The notes beneath the pieces were generated by a model that saw only the letters and a list, made by a program, of their open reading frames with translations, was not told the DNA's origin and searched no databases. Both the position numbers and the translations under genes were made by a program. Shown piece by piece: positions 42,853 through 55,338 of a stretch of 64,000 nucleotides of DNA. Origin of the DNA: Octopus vulgaris. Taxonomy: Eukaryota. Where the stretch lies: NCBI GenBank assembly GCA_951406725.2, contig OX597817.1, positions 101,246,001-101,310,000 of the forward strand. Reading direction: 5' to 3'. The first letter of the stretch is position 1. Every line of letters starts with the position of its first letter.

Positions 42853-43049
42853 GTGTCATGTTGGATCGTTAGCCCCTACACGCAATTTTTTTCTCTCCTT
42901 GTTTCTTTTCTGTGTATCTTTCTGTCGAAGAGCGTAGGCTCGAAACGTAAAAGACTTGTTTTATTTCTATTCCTGAGCGCCATACTAATACTTTGTTCGT
43001 TTGTACTCCACCTGCCTTCGTCTTTTGTTTATTTTCGTAAACCTTCCCG

Positions 43050-43051
<2 letters not shown>
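42853..43051 (+). mobile_element. ~200-bp HHR-bearing short element in (TA)n (same family as 58647-58851)
   Basis: High reverse-complement similarity to 58647-58851. Confidence 0.8.
42917..42954 (+). ncRNA. Minimal hammerhead-like motif, A6U variant
   Basis: TCTTT CTGTCGA A GAGC GTAG GCTC GAAA CG TA AAAGA. Confidence 0.6.
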
Positions 43052-43599
<548 letters not shown>

Positions 43600-43692
43600 G
43601 TTAATCCAAACCAGAAAACAAAAAACAACAACGCAAGGATGTGGAACAAATAAAGTATTATTGGACGCTCAGGAAAGAAGGGAAGAAGGAGG

Positions 43693-43727
43693 GTTTGACG
43701 TTTCGAGCGGAGCTCTTCGTCGGAAAC
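43693..43727 (-). ncRNA. Minimal type I hammerhead (U4C variant) at the Penelope 3' end
   Basis: Minus strand reads GTTT CCGACGA A GAGC TCC GCTC GAAA CG TC AAAC. Confidence 0.7.
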
Positions 43728-44069
43728 AGGAGAAAGAAACATCCCAAGATGGGAAGGACCGAGGAAAAAAAATTGCAGGTAGTCTACACGAGGTCACATG
43801 CTAAAAGGACGGAAGTGGTCAAAAGGAAGGAAGAGTGTTTTTTAATAACAAAAGAGCGGGTCAGAGACTGAATGGTAAAAGAGGTGTGCGAGATGACAAG
43901 GGTGTGTGTGTGGGTATGCGCGTGTGTGTGTATGTGTGTGTATGGTGGACGAGGCTACTAGCAGCAGTGGCGGAATGTTGGATGATGGCTGGTAGCAAGC
44001 AGTAGGGAATTAAGGAGTGGGTGGGGGTACGCTAGCAAGTTAGAGGATGGCGAGTAACTGTGCTTAGAC

Positions 44070-46700
44070 TTAGTGTATGTGTGCGTGTGTGCTTGTACGT
44101 GCGTGTGTGTGTATATATACGTATGTATGATTGTGTGCGAGTGTGCGAATGTCTGTGTGTCTGTGCTTATATGTGTGTACGTATGTGTATGTGTGCTTGC
44201 GCGTGGAGGTATATGTTGTGTGTATGTATATGTGTCGGTGTGTATGTGAATTAGTGGGTTTTTGTACGTCTGTATGTGTGTGTGCGTGTATTGTAATTAT
44301 ATGTGAATTTGTGCGCGTACGTGCATACATACACACACACACACTTACACACATACATACATACACACACACATACTTACATACACTCATACGGACACAC
44401 ATACACACATACATACACACACACATACCTACATACACACTCGCATGCATACGTACACACATGCATGCGGGAGTGAATGTATGTATGTGCGCGTGCGTAC
44501 AAATGTGTGTTTATATGTTTGCAAACATACGCACACACAAGCACACTCACACACTCACACACATATGCCCGCACACGTACATATATATGCACGCAAGGAC
44601 ACACTTCGCAACTTAAGGAAAGATGGAAAAGACTACCAGTGGTGCGGACGCATGCGAAACCGCAGGCCCACCCGCACAAGCGCAGGCGCGATCCCGAAAT
44701 AACGCCAGCCACCAAAAACGTGCGTGCATGCATGTGTGTATGTGTGCGTGCGCGCGCATGCATGTGTGTACGTGTGCATGCGAGTGTGTATGTAGGTATG
44801 TGTGTATGTATGTATGTGTGTATGTGTGAGTGTGTTGGTGTGTATGTCTGTGTGTATGTGTGTCCGTATGAGTGTATGTAAGTATGTGTGTATGTGTGTA
44901 TGTGTGCATGTGTGTATGTATGTATGTATGTATGTGTGTGTCTGTGTAAGTATGTGTGCATGCGTGTATGTGTGTGTATGTATGTATGTGTGCAAGCGTG
45001 TATGTGTGTATGTGTGTGTGTATGTATGTATGCATGCATGTGCGTATGTGTGTGTGTATGCATGTGTGTGTATGTGTGTGCATGTGTGTGTGTATGTATG
45101 TGTGTGTGCGTGTGTGTATATATGTATGTGTGTATGTATGTATGCGTGTGTGTATGTTTGTGTGTGTGTGTATGTATGTGGTATGTACGAATGAAAGTAT
45201 GAATGTATGTATGTATGTGTGTACGTATGTGTGTATGTGTGTGAATGTATGCGTGTGTGCGTGGGGGTGTACTCTGGAGCTGTGTGAGCGTAATGTATGT
45301 ATGTATGCGTGCGTGTGCGTGTGTGCGTGTGTGTATGTATGCGTGCGTATGTGGGTGTGTATGTGTGTATGTGTGTGTATGTGTGTATGTATGTATGTGT
45401 GAGTGTATGGGTGTATGTCTGTATGTATGTATGTCTTGTGTATGTATGTATGTGTGTGTGTGTATGTGTGTATGTGTGCAGGTATGGGCGTAATGTATGT
45501 ATGTATGTATGTATGTATGCGTGTGTGTGTGTATGTATGCGTGTGCGTGTGTATGTGGGTGTGTATGTATGTATGTATGCAAGTGTGTATGTGTGTATGT
45601 GTGCGTGTGTATGTGGGTGTGTATGTATGTACGTGTGTATGTATGTATATGTGAGTGTATGGATGTATGTCTGTACGTATGAGTGTATGGGTGTATGTCT
45701 GTACGTATGTATGTCTTGTGTATGTATGTATGTATTTGTGTGTGTATGTGTGTATGTGTGTATGTGTGTAGGTATGTATGTGTGTGTGTATGTGTGTATG
45801 TGTGTAAGTGTGTGTGCGTGTATGTATGTACGTGTGTATGTATGTATATGTGAGTGTATGGATGTATGTCTGTACGTATGAGTGTATGGGTGTATGTCTG
45901 TACGTATGTATGTCTTGTGTATGTATGTATGTATGTGTGTGTATGTGTGTGTATGTGTGTAGGTTTGTATGTGTGTGTGTATGTGTGTATGTGTGTAAGT
46001 GTGTGTGCGTGTATGTATGTAGGTAAGTATGTGTGCGCGCGTGCATGCAAGCATGTATGTGTGTATGTATGTATACACACGCCACACACACGCACACACA
46101 CACAACAACACACACACACACAACGCACGCATATGGGGCCGGCCGCACCCCAGGAGCGCTCCAACGCGCGCGATGCGCGCCCGCGGACCCACGCCCGCGG
46201 ACCCACGAACAGCCACACCAAAAAAACCGAACTCCATCAATCCCTCAACCAAAAACAGAAGAAAGGGCGTGCGCCTAGGTACAAACATATGCAGGTGTTG
46301 CGCGTAAACGCGCGCACGTGTGCATGCGCGTGTGTGCGTACGTATGTAGGTAAGTATGTATGTACGTATGTGTGCGTGCGCGTATGCGTGCACATGTATA
46401 TGTGTATGTGCCGCGTATGCGTGCACATGTATATGCTTATGGGCGTATGTGTGTGTGTATGCATGTGTGTATGTATGTATGTGTGTGTGCGTATGTATGT
46501 ATTTGTGTGTGTATGCGTGTGTGTATGTAGGTATGTGTGTACGTATGTGTGTATGTATGTATGTGTGTGTGTATGTGTATGTTTGTTTGTTTGTGTGTAT
46601 ATATGTGTGTATGTATGTGTGTATGTAGGTGTGTTGGAAGTAGGTATGTGTTTGTTTGTGTGTATACGTATGTATGTATGTATGTAGGTGTGTTGGAAGT
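44070..46700. repeat. 2.6-kb complex (TG/TATG)n array with internal duplications and strand flips
   Basis: Seen directly. ~44325-44470 is inverted relative to ~44755-44900. Confidence 0.9.
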
Positions 46701-48021
46701 GGGTATGTGGGGGGTGTTGAGAAAAAAGGTGGGTGGGAAGAGAGGTGGAGCGCAGACTAAGAGGAGGGGGCTGTGTTGAGTCCGTGTGGGGTAATGGTTT
46801 GTAAAGTGAAGATGAAGCGTTGCTCCAAGTGGAGCCTGGAATGCGGAAGACCGTTGTGTGGGGCGAGACCAAACACTGAGATGTCATCGGGGGAATGGTT
46901 GGCCGAGCAGAAGTGACGTGCGACGGGAGAAAGGGACCGTAGGCGAACATCCCTCAGATGTTCGGCGAATCGGTCAGACAAACGGCGTCCCGTCTGTCCT
47001 ATATACATCATTCCGCAAAGGTTGCATTTAATACAGTATATGAGGCCAGACGAAGTGCACGTAAAAGAATGTCTGATACGTACAGTTCGCTGGTTGGAGC
47101 TGGTGACAGCAGTGGTGTTGGTGATGAAGGGGCAGGTATTGCAGCGGGATCTAGAGCACGGGAAAGATCCGTGTGGGGCTGAGGGGGAAGAAGGGAGGGT
47201 GCTATGGACCAGGAGGTCGCGTAGATACCGAGCTCGTTTGAAGGTAAAATGGGGAAAATGGGGCGAGTCGTGGGATCGAGCTGGAGGCGACGGAAGGCAC
47301 GTAGTATCTTCCGACGAAGAGGTAGAGTAGAGGGGTGGAAAAGGAGGGGAAAGGGGGTGCGGTTGGGGGGGGGTGAGAGGAAGGGGGGGTGAGAGGAAGG
47401 TGGTGCGGTCGATGCGGCGGGCGCGGGCGAGGGCAATTGAGATTAGTGTAGGTGGGTATCCTCGGTGCCTGAACAGGCGGGCCAGGTATTGAGATTGGGT
47501 CTCGAAATCCTGGTCGCGGCTGCACAAACGTCGGAGGCGGAGGAACTGGGAGTATGGGATGGCCCGTTTGGTGTGGAAGGGGTGGGAGGAGGAGAAGTTG
47601 AGATAGAGGTGGGAATCCGTGGGTTTAAAGAAGGCGGAGGTGGTGAGAGAGTGAGAGGGGTGGTCGATGCAGAGAGAGATATCAAGAAAGTTGACAGAGG
47701 TGTTGGAGATGGTAGAAGTGAATTGTAGAGGGGGTGGAAGTTGGAGAGGAAAGAGATGAATTGGCTGAGAAGTTCGCAGGAAAGGGAGGTGGCGCCTATG
47801 CAGTCGTCTATATAGCGACCGTATAGTTCAGGGGTTGGTCCGGAGAATTTGGGAGAATACTTGGGCCTCAATATAGCCAAGAAAGAGATTGGCGAAATTA
47901 GGGCCCATTTTCGTTCCCATCGCGACCCCGGACACTTGTTGGTACGTTTTCCCGGCGAACGTGATACAGTTGAGGGTGAGGACGAGCTCAGCCAGGCGGA
48001 GAAGGGTGGGGGTCCTGGGGT

Positions 48022-48064
<43 letters not shown>

Positions 48065-48302
48065 AGCGAACTTCATAAAAAGTAGATTCTACCGTTGTTA
48101 ATGCTAGAGTTCAAATTTTGACAAAGCAATCACCACCATTTCCCTCTCAGTGTAGGTTTTATTGGCAAAACGTTTATAATATTGGCTAATCGACTGGTTT
48201 GAAGTATTGAGTAATGATTACAAATCTACGGCAAATGGGATTGCAAGCGTCGTGGAAACATTTTATGAAATAAATGTAATACAGTAATATCATTAACTTT
48301 AC

Positions 48303-48866
48303 CGTTGCACGTCTTTATATCAAGTCTCTGGGAAAGCTTTTCCAGCGCGTAATAGTCAGTTACTTGGTAGACATTTTCGTCAGGATCACTGGCAAGAGCT
48401 TTTAATTCTTCAACACTGTACTCTTTGCCAACACCTATTGCATAAACATTGATCCCAAGTTGATGAAGAGTTTTGGCTTCCTTTGCTGTTTTATTGGGTT
48501 GTCGTGAATGACCATCTGTTACAATTATTGCAATAAAAGGACCTGAACGTCTTTCAAGGACACTTTGCATTTCCTTTCTCAATAAAATAAGCGCTTTTGC
48601 AGTGTTGGTCGTTCCGCCTCGATAAGGAACGGCCAGAATAGCAGTTTTGAGATACTCTTTTGTAGTGAACTTGTTCAAGGAAATATCTAAATTCGCTCTG
48701 CTGCTGAAAGTTATCACGCCAACTTGAACGCTGTTTCCATCTGGTTTAATATCAAAGCTGTCTACTAGTTTGGTGACAAACTTTAATTGTCTCCGATAGT
48801 CTTCTACCCAAACACTACTTGAAGAGTCCAAGACAAATATGATACTAGCTGATTTTCCAGAACACC
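48303..48866 (-). CDS. von Willebrand factor A domain exon (matrilin/collagen-VI-like extracellular protein)
   Basis: CSGKSASIIFVLDSSSSV (MIDAS DxSxS), VQVGVITFS, GGTTNTAKAL, IIVTDG, VYAIGVG. 564 nt with AG/GT ends, phase 1-1. Confidence 0.92.
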
Positions 48867-49303
48867 CTACAATATATAATGATATTAATATAAATATATG
48901 CACATAGTAACGGAGAAAATATCTATATATAAATAAACGCATATTCATACAAACACACAAACCCACACATATTTGTATTTTTGCATACAAAAGAATTTAT
49001 TTTCTTATTGTGTGCAGATATACACAATATAATTATTTTACAATACATTAGTTTCATTATATAATGCCTCATATATTTGAATTTAAACAATTTCCCTGGG
49101 TAATTATCTTTTATCTTTTACTTGTTTCATGTATGTATGTATGTATGTATGTACATCTATAAAATGGGCTTCTATCAGTTTTCGTCTACCAAATCAACTC
49201 ACAAGACTTTGCCTAAAGTGTCGCGCTATGGCATTGATTTCAAGACCCTATGTCTAGGAAATAAGCTTCCTAAGAGAGCCACGCTTCATCCCATGTCTAT
49301 GTA

Positions 49304-50593
49304 TTGGGTTGGCTACCAAGATCCTGCCGTTGTTTTAAATTTTGGAATTTATTGCGTTTTTAAATCTTGAAATCTATTTTTTTCGAGAATTCTATTTTTG
49401 AATCATTTTGGAATCTATTTTGTTTTTGTTTTTTTCTAGTTAATTTTAGTTAATTTTTGTTTATTTTCAGATCATTAAAATGGAATGTCAAGTTAAGAAA
49501 AATGAGCATTTTCGACACCTCCTTCTTTTCGCTTTTAATCAAGGTTCAATGCCGCAAAAGCTGCTCTCGACGTTTGTGTTGTATATGGAGAGGGTGCTAT
49601 AGCTGAAAGAACCGCTCGTGATTGGTATGCCAAGTTCAAAAATGGAAATTTTGACCTCAAAGACGCACCTCATTCTGACCATGCAGTTGACTTCGATGAA
49701 GAGCGATTAAACCAACTTTTGCACGAACATTCTCGTCAAACGACAAGGGAACTGCCAGAGAAAATGGAATGCTCCCACACTGCTATAGAGAAGCATCTTC
49801 ACTCGATGGGAAAGTTTCAGAAGTATGGAGCATGGGTTCCGCATGCTTTAAGTGACAACAACAAAAATCAACGAGCCACAATCTCCGCTGGCTTGCTTGC
49901 TCGTCACCGCTCAACTCATGGACACAAGCAACGATTTCTTTACTGACTCGTTACTGGCGACAAAAAATGATGCCTGTACATCAATATGAAGCAGCGTAAG
50001 GAATGGCTTAGCTCCTGTAAACAAGCGACACCGCGCATGAAAGAAGATCTTCATCCGCATAAAACGATGTTCTGCGTATTGTGGGACTTGGAAGGGATTA
50101 TCCATTACGAATTGCTTGAACGGAACTAAACGGTCAACGCGGAACTCTATGTTCAACAGATGGAACGAGTCAACACGGCTATTCAAGAGAAAACACCTAA
50201 TCGGCAGCATGGAGTTCTGCTGTATGACAACGCCCGCTCTCATATTGCCAATATGACCAAGGAAGCCATTCAAACACATTGCTGGGAAGTGCTACCACAT
50301 CCGCCGTGCTCTCCTGATTTGGCACCAACGGATTTCCACCTTTTTCGATCTCTTTCAAATGCTATGCGCGGAGTCTCGTTCAATACTGATGCAGAATTGA
50401 GAGCTTGATTGGATCGAATTTTCGAGTCAAAATCGGATGATTTCTACCAACGAGGTATTGAAAATCTTGTTGAACGTTGGGAAGAACTTGTAAGCAACAA
50501 GGGTGAATACATTATTGAATAATGTTATTTTCTATTAAACCTTTTTAAAAATCCTAAATTTAAAAAACGGCAGGAACTCAGTTGCCAACGCAA
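49304..50593 (+). mobile_element. Full-length mariner transposon with inactivated transposase (~49480-50522)
   Basis: TA-flanked imperfect TIRs TTGGGTTGGCTACC.. / ..GTTGCCAACGCAA. WVPHAL, YDNARSH and CSPDLAPTD motifs, with stops and frameshifts. Confidence 0.93.
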
Positions 50594-51794
50594 TACATAT
50601 GGGCAATAGCTTTTCCTTTAAACAATACATACTAAAAAGACGTTGCGAATATAGTTAAATTTTTCTTTTCGTTAGGGCTTTTTGTGTCTACATTACGAGA
50701 CCCTTATATATCATTTGGAACAATAATGTTCCGAAATTGCTATTTATCCAAGTTTCCATAACCTCATCTTCAGGGTTAAAAGTGGTGTTGTCTTCTCTTC
50801 AACCCCTTTTATAGTGAGTGGTTGTAAACTTTACAGCCAGAATATGACCGTTGAAGCGGTTAGATTTACACGCAATAGAATAGTGAAGTTAGCAACTTTC
50901 ACTTTTCAATCAAATTTATAAGTTATGCTGTTCATTTTGGGTTTGCTCTCCGGCTTAAATGCTTGTAGTGTGTTGTTAATAAGGAGGTTTGCGATCTTGT
51001 TTTTGTAATCACATGTTAGTTTATGGTTTTCTGTCACGTTTTTTGCTTTTCGTTTTATTAGATTTTTGTTTTTCATGGGTCCATTGTTTTGTATACTTGG
51101 CATGCATTTGATTCATATGGTTAACTTTGCGTGTAATATGCATGATTTTGGGCAAGTTACTGTCTAATGGATTTGTTTTTCTGATTATGTTCATTAGTAG
51201 ATTGGTCTTTTAGTTACATATATAATATAAAATATAATTACTTTTAACTGTCTGGCTCGCGTCAACCTGGCAAAGAGATGAAAAATAAAATTAAAATAAT
51301 AGAATTATATGAGTTATGTTATTCTATTTATTGTATATATTAAGTAACGATACAATCATACACTTTCGCTCTTTTATTATTTCCAGTTGATATTGAAAGT
51401 ATGTCTAAATGAAAGTATTCTGTTTAGTATTAAAGTGGTATTGAGGTACTGAGGGGCTAACATGCAATGATTTTGCATAACTGTTATTATAAGTAGAAAA
51501 CAGTTTCTTTCTAACCATACCTTACCCTCTTAAGCTAAATATGAAACTCCTGGAAAATATCTTCACTCATATACAAAAAACCGGATGCTCATATTTGGTA
51601 TGCGTTTGATAATAGTTAGCCAGAGGCTAAACAACAAGAACCATTTTAAGATACGCAAGAAACTAAATGGTGACAATTAAAAATGCATTCAATTAGTTTC
51701 GTCCACAGGATGTTTGAGTAAGAGAAAAATACAGAAGCTATCAGATAAAAATGTCACACACACACATACACACACAAACACAGACACACACATT

Positions 51795-51877
<83 letters not shown>

Positions 51878-52044
51878 TGGTTGATGCTAAGTAATAAGCT
51901 GTGATGGAAATCATCTGTAGCGCGGAGTGATTTTCAGAGCTTCAAATCATTTTATAATTAATTCTCGTTTTCATTAGATATTTGCTTTCATATTAATAAT
52001 TCCACACAATAATTACTCATATCCAGTTAATAACACATCCACAC

Positions 52045-52120
52045 TTTTAGCTGACGCTTGAAGAACTAATGTTACTGCAGAAATACTATATACTAGAGAA
52101 ATATATAATCATGCCAGCAT
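52045..52120 (-). CDS. Candidate first coding exon (signal peptide) of the VWA gene, with an in-frame TGA at codon 4
   Basis: MLA*LYISLVYSISAVTLVLQASAK, preceded by CTTTATGCAG. A weak phase-1 donor (GTGTGG) would join the VWA exon in frame. Confidence 0.35.
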
Positions 52121-52269
52121 CTGCATAAAGCACACATGCACACACACGCACACACACACAAAGACAAGGACAAAGACGAATATAAAATAATGAGCGATTA
52201 TATTAAAGACTTTTCTTTAATGTATCGTTCGATTTATTACAATGAAGAAATTCAATTATAGTTTGAAAT

Positions 52270-54060
52270 ATAAAACGTTTCATTTACGTAGCAATCAAAT
52301 TTCAGCTTTCGAATTTAGTAGGGCTGCAGGTCTTCGATCTAATAAAAATGAGTGTTCTTTAATAATCGCGTAGATCTTCTACAATGGTCCACTCAATAAT
52401 ATCTGCAATACTACTATCCTTGATATGGCTTGTTTGTTTTTCTTTTCTTATCTACATGTTTGAAATAACATCGTTGCTTGGTAAATGCCTTCAAAACCTC
52501 TTTCACATATATGTTTTTTCTTTCTTTCAGTTCTTTCATTTGATGGAACGGGAGTTTCCTAGACGACTCAGCAAACCATGTATGTCTAGCAGGTATGTAT
52601 GTGGGTTCCTGAAGTTGAAGTTGGAGTGAACGTTTTTGCTGGGTTATGTGAAAAGATGTTTTTCAAATCAAAACCGCAGCTGTAGGAAACTTTCACCAAA
52701 CTTCTATAGAAGATTTTCTTGGCTTTCATCTATGGCTATCGCGGAAATGTTTATCTGTCGGGGTTAAGAATTTTTACCTACATTATTTCTAACATTCAAG
52801 GAGAAAGGGAGTGACCTATATAACTTTCCTACTTCTCTTTTTTACCTAGTCCTTGTTTGTGTCGGAGTTTATGTTAGCTTCTCTTTAAAGCCACTGTAGT
52901 GCTATTTTATCAAAAATGTATTTAGAGGTGGAGATGTTAGAGATCATATTACTAATGTTAGCAATTTGGTTTTTAAAGACGATAGTTGGGTGTATGGTAG
53001 GGCTTCTAGGTGCTTAAAACTAGGTTCGGAGAAGCAGCTAAGGAGTCAGCTTTAGTAAGTTTGTTACTAATATGTTATAAAACCTATAGTACTAAAGACT
53101 GATAGGATACGAGATTTTCCTAAAAGCCATAAGATATGCCTAATCCATCATTTCAAAACAAATCAATACCATGGTAGGAAAGCAGGTTTTTAGGATAGCT
53201 AATATATAATGCTCTACTAAATCACATATGTCATCACTCTCATGTGACTCCATCGATACATCAGACAGTTCGCCCAGTTTCGGTTTCTTGACCCAAGCCG
53301 AACCCTTACTAAAGATGAGGGTTTTACGTGCATGAATGGTTAACTCAATTTCTGTTTGGTCGATAATGACGTATTTACTAGCGAACTCCATTACTTTATT
53401 TACATAGAAGAACAAGTCCACGCTACCAAACTGTTAAACTTAACCAGACATATCCTTTAGGTGGTAAAATCAGCCTATGGCACTGCGCATCATTAATGAC
53501 AATATATCAATCTCTGCTAACATTCTTATATTTACTAGAAGTACTATCATGCAGCAACTTATGTTTATCATTGCTAATTTCATTGAAGTTATTAAACTTA
53601 TCAGAAAAAAACATAAAGAACTTATATTTTAGGGTTTTAAAGTTCCGAATATCAGTTATAAGTCTAACATGGAAAGTATTTGAGTATTTCAGGCTTCAAT
53701 GTTGGTTACTATATTGAGTAGATCGGCTTTAAATGGAATTAAACTTTTTACTCTATTGCGATCTTTTCGTATGTTTAAGTCATAGAATTTCGTGGTGTCG
53801 AGTGTCAGCTCAACATTAAAATATAGGGCCTTCCATCACATCTATTTCACTGAGTTTTTCACTTTCTCTAGGAGAATCTTAATATATAGGTTATTAGTAG
53901 GGTAAGTATATTCCTGATAGAGCAAGCCAAGTGGTACTGTGCTGGTTGAATCCTTAGAAGACTCATCTTAACTTGTGACTATCTTGGTTGTCACATGTAT
54001 TGTGAATTCGTATGAATTTGCTGTGCAAATACACGCGTCAAAGGTTATATAGTGTACTGT
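52270..54060 (-). mobile_element. Decayed Penelope-like element (RT region)
   Basis: HARKTLIFSKGSAWVKK..DVSMES..ICDLVEHYIL resembles the PLE RT 'DVTMGSxDGAEVCELVG' region. Confidence 0.7.
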
Positions 54061-54469
54061 GCGCTTCTTGACTAACTCAGCCCGCCCCCACAAAAATGCA
54101 TTCAATTCAGCGAGTGATAAATTTCATTTCATGAAATACAGAACTTGTACGTGAACTACTCCAAGTTTCGTACCATCAGTATTAATAGTATTCTTCAATG
54201 TGCGAGTTAAAGGAAGATAACCTTGTTTATATAATGGAATTATCTCCTTTCCCTTAGAACACATCTTGACTCTTTTTCTTGAATTTTTTTTCAGTTGTAT
54301 ATCCTCACGAATAGCTATTTTATCTGAGCCTGAAAGATTGTCGATTCGTGTACGGTCTGATTTCTGCATTATCTGAGCCTGTCTTATTTCTGCATTATCT
54401 GAGCATAAAATTTAAGGTAACCCAAGTATAGGTCTTGTGTTCACTAAATGATATAAGTCTCCGTGTGTG

Positions 54470-55338
54470 CGAGGGTGGGGGTACCCAAAAGAAACCGGAA
54501 TTTTCCAGTATTATTATTTTATTCACTTTGTTTCACATGTTTACACTTTTATCGCTTTCAAAGTATTCTGCATTTGAAGCAATGCATCGATTCAGATACG
54601 TTTTCCATTATTCGAAGCAGTGCTGGAACTTTTGCGAAGTGATGCCTTTTAATGCCTGCGTCGTTTTTTCCTTAATCTCTTCCACATCTGCTTTCATAAC
54701 CAGTGGTGACCTTCGAAAAATGGTCCAGATCAACTTCCAACTGTCCTTTCAGTTCACGACATGCATTCAAGCGAGGCACAAGTTTTATTGCAACTCTTTT
54801 CATTCGCAATTCCTCGTTCAAAATTCGTTGACAGGAGTTCCAGAACACACCAGTTATATCAACAAGTTCATCAATTGTTCGGCGACGGGTCTCCAAGATC
54901 ACTTCATGAATTTTCATGATGTTTTCATTCGTTCGACGATCGTCCTGAACAAGATTGGTCTTCAAGCGACAAGTGACCATTCCTAAAGCGTGGAAACCAC
55001 TCGTAAACTTGTGTTTTGCTCATGGCAGCGTACTTGTAAGCTATTTGAAACATGACAACTGTTTCAGCCGCCGTTTTTCCCCCAGCAAAAAAAAAAAAAA
55101 AACAGAATGTTACGGAAGAACGCTGTTCCTTTGTTTCAACCATCGCAAAAATCAACGAACGGAGGAGAAGCACTGCAAAACAAAGACGCACCACGTGGCT
55201 GTATGATCTCACGCGATGACGCCGGTCACCAGACAGATGTCTGAGGGTTGTGTCAAGTGGCTTCTAGTGGTGGAAACCTGAACTACAACAGGCTTGTCTC
55301 ACAAAGAACGTTTCCGGTTACTTTTGGGTACCCCCTCG
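54470..55338 (-). mobile_element. Internally deleted mariner element
   Basis: TIRs CGAGGG..GTACCCAAAAGAAACCGGAA / TTCCGGTTACTTTTGGGTACCCCCTCG. MSKTQVYEWF..F and RVAIKLVPRL remnants. Confidence 0.88.

Noticed and set aside
44377-46426. Long His/Thr/Tyr-rich and Cys/Val/Met-rich ORFs (up to 614 aa)
   Set aside because: These are translations of (TG/TATG)n microsatellite, open in several frames on both strands.
48867-48990. N-terminal extension of the 254-aa ORF as a signal peptide
   Set aside because: It lies upstream of a TTGTAG acceptor and reads through low-complexity intron. The C-terminal extension past 48303 is likewise intronic.
50725-50780. Minus-strand CTGAAGA..GAGGTT/AATTTC..GGAAC
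   Set aside because: The GAAA box is mutated and there is no stem I. At best a relic.
52288-52338. Apparent AG..GT-bounded exon upstream of the VWA exon
   Set aside because: Stops in all three frames, and it lies at the end of the decayed Penelope-like fragment.
54150-54185. Minus-strand CTGATG-GTAC-GAAAC..GTA
   Set aside because: Stem II is missing, so it cannot fold as an HHR.
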